Origin: Candidatus Bathyarchaeota archaeon
Lineage (GTDB): Archaea; Thermoproteota; Bathyarchaeia; 40CM-2-53-6
Direction: 5' to 3'
Assembly: GCA_963733055.1 (NCBI GenBank)
Contig: CAVTBR010000001.1
Span: 736,001 to 800,000 of the forward strand
DNA: 64,000 nucleotides
Of this stretch, positions 59,872 to 64,000 are shown piece by piece. Every line of letters starts with the position of its first letter. Position 1 is the first letter of the stretch. Position numbers and translations under genes: made by a program. The notes under the pieces are model-generated. The model worked only from the letters and a program-made list of their open reading frames with translations, was not told the DNA's origin and made no database searches.

Positions 59872-61722
59872 TTGCAAAAGTTGGGCATTGCAAAGTTACA
59901 AGCGGTCGCTATAATTGTGGTCTTGATAGTCGCAGTCGTGGGCGTAGTCTACTACTATTCCGTGATCAACTCGCCGGGTACAACAACCGGTGCGTCAACT
60001 AGTCAACTGCCAACGTCAATGGTAGTCGAGGAGGAGAGCCAGCCCGATTCGATGGACCCCGCGGTTACCTACACCACGCCTGGATGGGAAATCGTTGAAC
60101 AAGTCTATCAAGCGTTGTTAGCGCCGGACGGCACTAGCTACACTACATACATCGGAGTTCTCGCTCAGAATTGGACGGTTTCATCTGACGGAATGACATA
60201 CACATTCCTTCTCAGACCGGGAGTGACCTTTAGCAACGGGGACCCATTCAACGCTTATGTCATGTGGTTCTCGATCTACAGGACTCTCCTCATGAATCAG
60301 GCACCTGCATTCATTCTTGGCCAAAATCTGGGTACGACCAACGGTGCGGGTTTCAACATAACCGACAGCGTGCTCAATTCGATAAATTACACTAACCCTT
60401 CGCCAAAAGACCTTACCTACTTGAGTTATGCTAACCAATCGGTTCAAGCCGTTTCACCCAATCAACTTGTAATACACCTCGGATACGGTTACAATGGTAA
60501 CGTACCGTATTCATCATTTCTCGCCACCCTGATTACACCAATGGCCATGGCTGTCGACCCCAACGTTGTGGAAGCGAATGGGGACGTGGTTGCAGGCCAG
60601 CCGAACAATTACATGGAAACTCACGCCTTAGGAACAAGCTTCTACGAGCTACAATCTTGGGTCCAAGGGCAAAGCGTCACCCTGGTCAAGAATCAGAATT
60701 ATTGGGGAGCGAATGTCCCAGCGTCTGACAGCAACTATGCAACCCAGCCAGCGATACTCAGCACGATCAGTTTCTACTACAAAGCCGCATCCGCAATGAT
60801 TGCGGACTTACAATCTAACACGGCTCAAATGATAATCGCGCCTTCAACCCAATACAATGTTCTGAAGCAGTCCACCGGAATTACCACGACGGTACTGCCC
60901 ACCATTTTCGGCTCGTCCGCAAGCGTCCTCGCCGTTTACATGGACAAGTACGCGTTTCCGCCATTTCAAGACGTGCGAGTTAGAGAAGCAGTTTCCTATG
61001 CGATTGATTACAAATCCATAATCCATTCGGCCTACAATGATTTGGCAACTCAATGGATTGGTCCCGTTCCCCCGGGATTTCCCGAGTACAACCAATCCGT
61101 AGCGGGATTACAACCTTACCAGTACGACCCAATCATGGCAGCGTCGTTGCTAGCGCAAGCCGGTTACAGATCCACCCTCCCCAACGGCACAACTCTCAAC
61201 CCCAGTGGGAAGGCCTTTCCCTCCGTTAACTTCCTATACGACGCCGACAATACGCCTCAAACTCAAACCGCACAAATCATAGCGTCCGAACTGCAGGCAG
61301 TCGGCATCACAGTCAACCTTAGCCCGCTCACATTCAAGCAGTATGCCAACGTAATTTACTCCACCACCGCAAACAGTACCGCCTACCCATTCGGCATAAG
61401 CTACTATAGCGAAGACTACACCGCCGCCATCGACTACGTGACCGACATAACCACATCTGGCCAAGTAGGTTTTTCCGGATTCACCAACGCGACTGTGGCT
61501 GGCTGGACCCTATCTGCAGCAACTGCCCCCGACGAACCGACGATAATTCGAAACTTCCAACAAATAACTCAAGCAATGTATTACGATTACACGGACGTCT
61601 GGTTGTTCGTGCCTTACTTCATTACCGCTAACAGGAGCAACATCGTTGGGATGATTCCGAACCCTGCCGGTTCGGGCATGAGCTACTTCATGTTTTACAA
61701 CGGCATACATTACAGCTCATAG
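59872..61722 (+). CDS. Peptide/nickel ABC transporter substrate-binding protein (family 5)
   Basis: SMDPA, LAQNWTVS.DG..YTF.LR.GV.FSNG and PF....VR.A. Confidence 0.92.
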   Translation: MQKLGIAKLQAVAIIVVLIVAVVGVVYYYSVINSPGTTTGASTSQLPTSMVVEEESQPDSMDPAVTYTTPGWEIVEQVYQALLAPDGTSYTTYIGVLAQNWTVSSDGMTYTFLLRPGVTFSNGDPFNAYVMWFSIYRTLLMNQAPAFILGQNLGTTNGAGFNITDSVLNSINYTNPSPKDLTYLSYANQSVQAVSPNQLVIHLGYGYNGNVPYSSFLATLITPMAMAVDPNVVEANGDVVAGQPNNYMETHALGTSFYELQSWVQGQSVTLVKNQNYWGANVPASDSNYATQPAILSTISFYYKAASAMIADLQSNTAQMIIAPSTQYNVLKQSTGITTTVLPTIFGSSASVLAVYMDKYAFPPFQDVRVREAVSYAIDYKSIIHSAYNDLATQWIGPVPPGFPEYNQSVAGLQPYQYDPIMAASLLAQAGYRSTLPNGTTLNPSGKAFPSVNFLYDADNTPQTQTAQIIASELQAVGITVNLSPLTFKQYANVIYSTTANSTAYPFGISYYSEDYTAAIDYVTDITTSGQVGFSGFTNATVAGWTLSAATAPDEPTIIRNFQQITQAMYYDYTDVWLFVPYFITANRSNIVGMIPNPAGSGMSYFMFYNGIHYSS

Positions 61723-61735
61723 ATGACTGGTTCCG

Positions 61736-62779
61736 GTGTACTTCAAAGATTTTCTTCCTGTTCTTGGAAGAAGAATAGTAGGCTCCATACTCGTCTCCAT
61801 AGGAACAGTAACGATCATTTTCTTCATCTCGCACATACTCAACCCAGACCCAGCACGGCTATGGGCAGGACCGAGGGCCCGTCCGTCCACGATCCTAGCC
61901 GTGACAATGAGATATCACTTGAATGAGCCACTGTATTCGCAGTATTACTACTTCATGAGAGACCTATTTACCGGAAACTTCGGCATCGACCCATTAACGG
62001 GCCAAACGATTCTCTCTGAAATCCGATTCTACCTACCAAACACGCTTGAACTGGTGCTATGCTCGTTCATACTCCTCGTAATAGTTGGGGTAGTCTTAGG
62101 GTACTTCGCGGGAATGCACTTCAGCACTCTCGGGGATTCGGTTGCGAGAGTGATCTACCTAGTGTCTTGGTCGACGCCAATGTACTTGGCTGCCATCGTT
62201 GCCATCCTTATCTTCGCAAACTACATCCCGATATTTCCATCAGGCGGCATGTATTCATTATCCATCACGCCACCTCAACCCGTTACGGGCATATTCCTAA
62301 TCGACGCACTTCTTGGACTTAACATAGCCGCGTTCCTTTCGGGGCTTCAACATTTGATTCTTCCAGCCGCGGCTCTTGCTTTCGTGAATTTTGGTCTAAT
62401 CTCCAGAGCCGTTCGATCCTCCATTCTAAACGTCAGATGGTCAACGCACGTAAAGACTGCGCGAGCAAAAGGGTTGAGTGAAACCGATGTTAGGCGCAAA
62501 CACATCCTACGAAATGCTTTGATCGACGCCACAAGCCTTAGCGCTGTCATTTTCGGTTGGGTCTTAACCAGCACCTTAGTTGTTGAGGAGTTGTTCTCGT
62601 GGCCTGGTTTAGGACAATTCGCTTACCAGGCAATTTTCAGCAGCGATTATCCTGTCCTCATTCCAATCGTTGTAGTATTCACTCTCGGTGTAATTGTGGC
62701 TAACTTCGTCGCGGACGTAGCCTACTCACTTCTGGATCCTAGAATCGGAATCGGTGGTCACAACGGCGCAGTCATTTAA
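61736..62779 (+). CDS. Peptide ABC transporter permease (DppB-like)
   Basis: TARAKGL...HILRNA and FSWPGLG. Confidence 0.93.
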   Translation: MYFKDFLPVLGRRIVGSILVSIGTVTIIFFISHILNPDPARLWAGPRARPSTILAVTMRYHLNEPLYSQYYYFMRDLFTGNFGIDPLTGQTILSEIRFYLPNTLELVLCSFILLVIVGVVLGYFAGMHFSTLGDSVARVIYLVSWSTPMYLAAIVAILIFANYIPIFPSGGMYSLSITPPQPVTGIFLIDALLGLNIAAFLSGLQHLILPAAALAFVNFGLISRAVRSSILNVRWSTHVKTARAKGLSETDVRRKHILRNALIDATSLSAVIFGWVLTSTLVVEELFSWPGLGQFAYQAIFSSDYPVLIPIVVVFTLGVIVANFVADVAYSLLDPRIGIGGHNGAVI

Positions 62780-63710
62780 GTTCAGGCAACTAGTCCTATC
62801 AAACCACCTCTCAACGTTTGGATTAGTTATCGTAATCGTATCTGTGAGCTTGGCTGCGTCTTTCGTGATTTTTGGCGGGCGAATTACTCCTTACAGCCCA
62901 TATGCGTTGAATCTTCAGGAATCTAATTTGCCGCCGAGTTTTGCCCATTTCTTTGGGACAGACTTTCAGGGTAGAGATATCTTCTCCCGAGTCATCGCTG
63001 CCTTGCCCATCGACTTGGGTTTGCCAATCGCCATCGTTCTACTCTCCTCTATACTAGGAATTTTCCTCGGTATGGCCGCGGGCTACCTTGGAGGCGTTGT
63101 GGACGAGGTCATCATGCGCGTAACCGATCTCTTCTTGGCATTTCCGACGATCATAATGGTGTTAGCGGTCGCCGCGACATTAGGAGCGGGCTTAGTTAAC
63201 GCGATGCTGGCGTTCGTGTTCGTTTGGTGGCCACCCTACGTTAGGCTAGTGAGGGGAGGCGTGCTGGAGGTGGTTGCAGAAGATTACATCTCCATCTCGA
63301 AAGCCTTGAACTCATCGTTCGCCCACATCATTCTGAAGGGGATTCTACCAAACATATTGCCTTCCGTCTTAACGTACGCAACCCTCGATATCGGAACTGC
63401 TCTGCTCGAAGTATCCATACTGGGATTCTTGGGAATTGGAATCCCACCAAACACTCCTGAGCTTGGCATAATGGTCGGCTCCATCAGTTACGGTCTTTAC
63501 ACTTATCCGTGGCAGGCCCTTTTCCCAGCTTTCGTGACAATGCTTCTCGTTGTTGGCTTCAGCTTCCTAGGCGAAGGGGCAAGAGAGGCTTCCGACGTGA
63601 AAGTCAGACCCTACATTCTCTTCGAAGGAAGAGTATTCGGAAAAGCGCCCCAAATCCTCAAAGAGGAACTAGCAAAGCAAGGGACACCCCAACAGCATGC
63701 CTCAGGCTGA
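62754..63710 (+). CDS. Peptide ABC transporter permease (DppC-like)
   Basis: FGTDFQGRDIFSR, MRVTDLFLAFP and LGFLGIG. Confidence 0.93.
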   Translation: MVTTAQSFKFRQLVLSNHLSTFGLVIVIVSVSLAASFVIFGGRITPYSPYALNLQESNLPPSFAHFFGTDFQGRDIFSRVIAALPIDLGLPIAIVLLSSILGIFLGMAAGYLGGVVDEVIMRVTDLFLAFPTIIMVLAVAATLGAGLVNAMLAFVFVWWPPYVRLVRGGVLEVVAEDYISISKALNSSFAHIILKGILPNILPSVLTYATLDIGTALLEVSILGFLGIGIPPNTPELGIMVGSISYGLYTYPWQALFPAFVTMLLVVGFSFLGEGAREASDVKVRPYILFEGRVFGKAPQILKEELAKQGTPQQHASG

Positions 63711-63726
63711 TCCCAGCGTCTACGCG

Positions 63727-64000
63727 TTAACTGCTCTTATCGAGAAGGAAGCAAGAGGCCAAGTGTTCTGGACCCGAAGCGAACATCGGTGGAGAATTAC
63801 TGCATCTCTCGAAGACGTGTGGGCAAACCTTGCTGTACACGCATCCAGTCGGCGATGATCCACGCTCTCCCCCATCTTCTATCTGCCGAAGTTCAGCTCG
63901 CCTGACTCCTGGGACGTTCGACATCAGCCTCACCGTGAACGGATGTTTAGGATTGGTTACAACGTCGTAGGTCGGTCCCACTTCGAGGAGCTTCCCATAA
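63727..64000 (-). CDS. C-terminus of an oligopeptide ABC transporter ATP-binding subunit; begins beyond the window
   Basis: GKLLEVGP....NPKHPFT..L....P and GCVYSKVCP...C....P....H..SC Fe-S tail. Confidence 0.85.
   Translation of the reverse strand, partial: YGKLLEVGPTYDVVTNPKHPFTVRLMSNVPGVRRAELRQIEDGGERGSSPTGCVYSKVCPHVFERCSNSPPMFASGPEHLASCFLLDKSS

Overview
This is an archaeal chromosome segment. PolD small and large subunits, Cdc6/Orc1 with ORB elements, Elf1, ZPR1, Sec61beta and PAC2 fit a PolD-bearing Thermoproteota such as Bathyarchaeia; that taxonomic assignment is inference. In order, the window holds a group-4 membrane-bound [NiFe]-hydrogenase operon with complex-I-like membrane subunits, a mixed amino-acid/metabolic block, cysS, a four-gene membrane operon of unknown function, a KaiC-like ATPase, PolD DP1, a purine operon (purH-C-S-Q-L-F-D-N-E-M), cdc6 with a replication origin, origin-adjacent DNA-binding genes, elf1-polC, an ECF S-component/cofD/cofC unit, glyA, secG and a peptide ABC transporter. 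Four observations stand out. (1) glyA is interrupted inside its conserved YAE|GW motif by a 30-nt, stop-containing insert that folds into a bulge-helix-bulge; the predicted cut sites restore the frame exactly, suggesting an archaeal mRNA intron. (2) Two distant copies of an unannotated 26-aa peptide gene have identical protein sequence and homologous promoters. (3) An array of RTGAYRTCAC palindromes lies next to a membrane-anchored coiled-coil/wHTH gene about 1.2 kb from oriC. (4) The four-gene membrane operon has no recognisable function. Several single-base frameshifts in homopolymers look like assembly errors. I recognised no tRNA, rRNA, CRISPR array or transposase.
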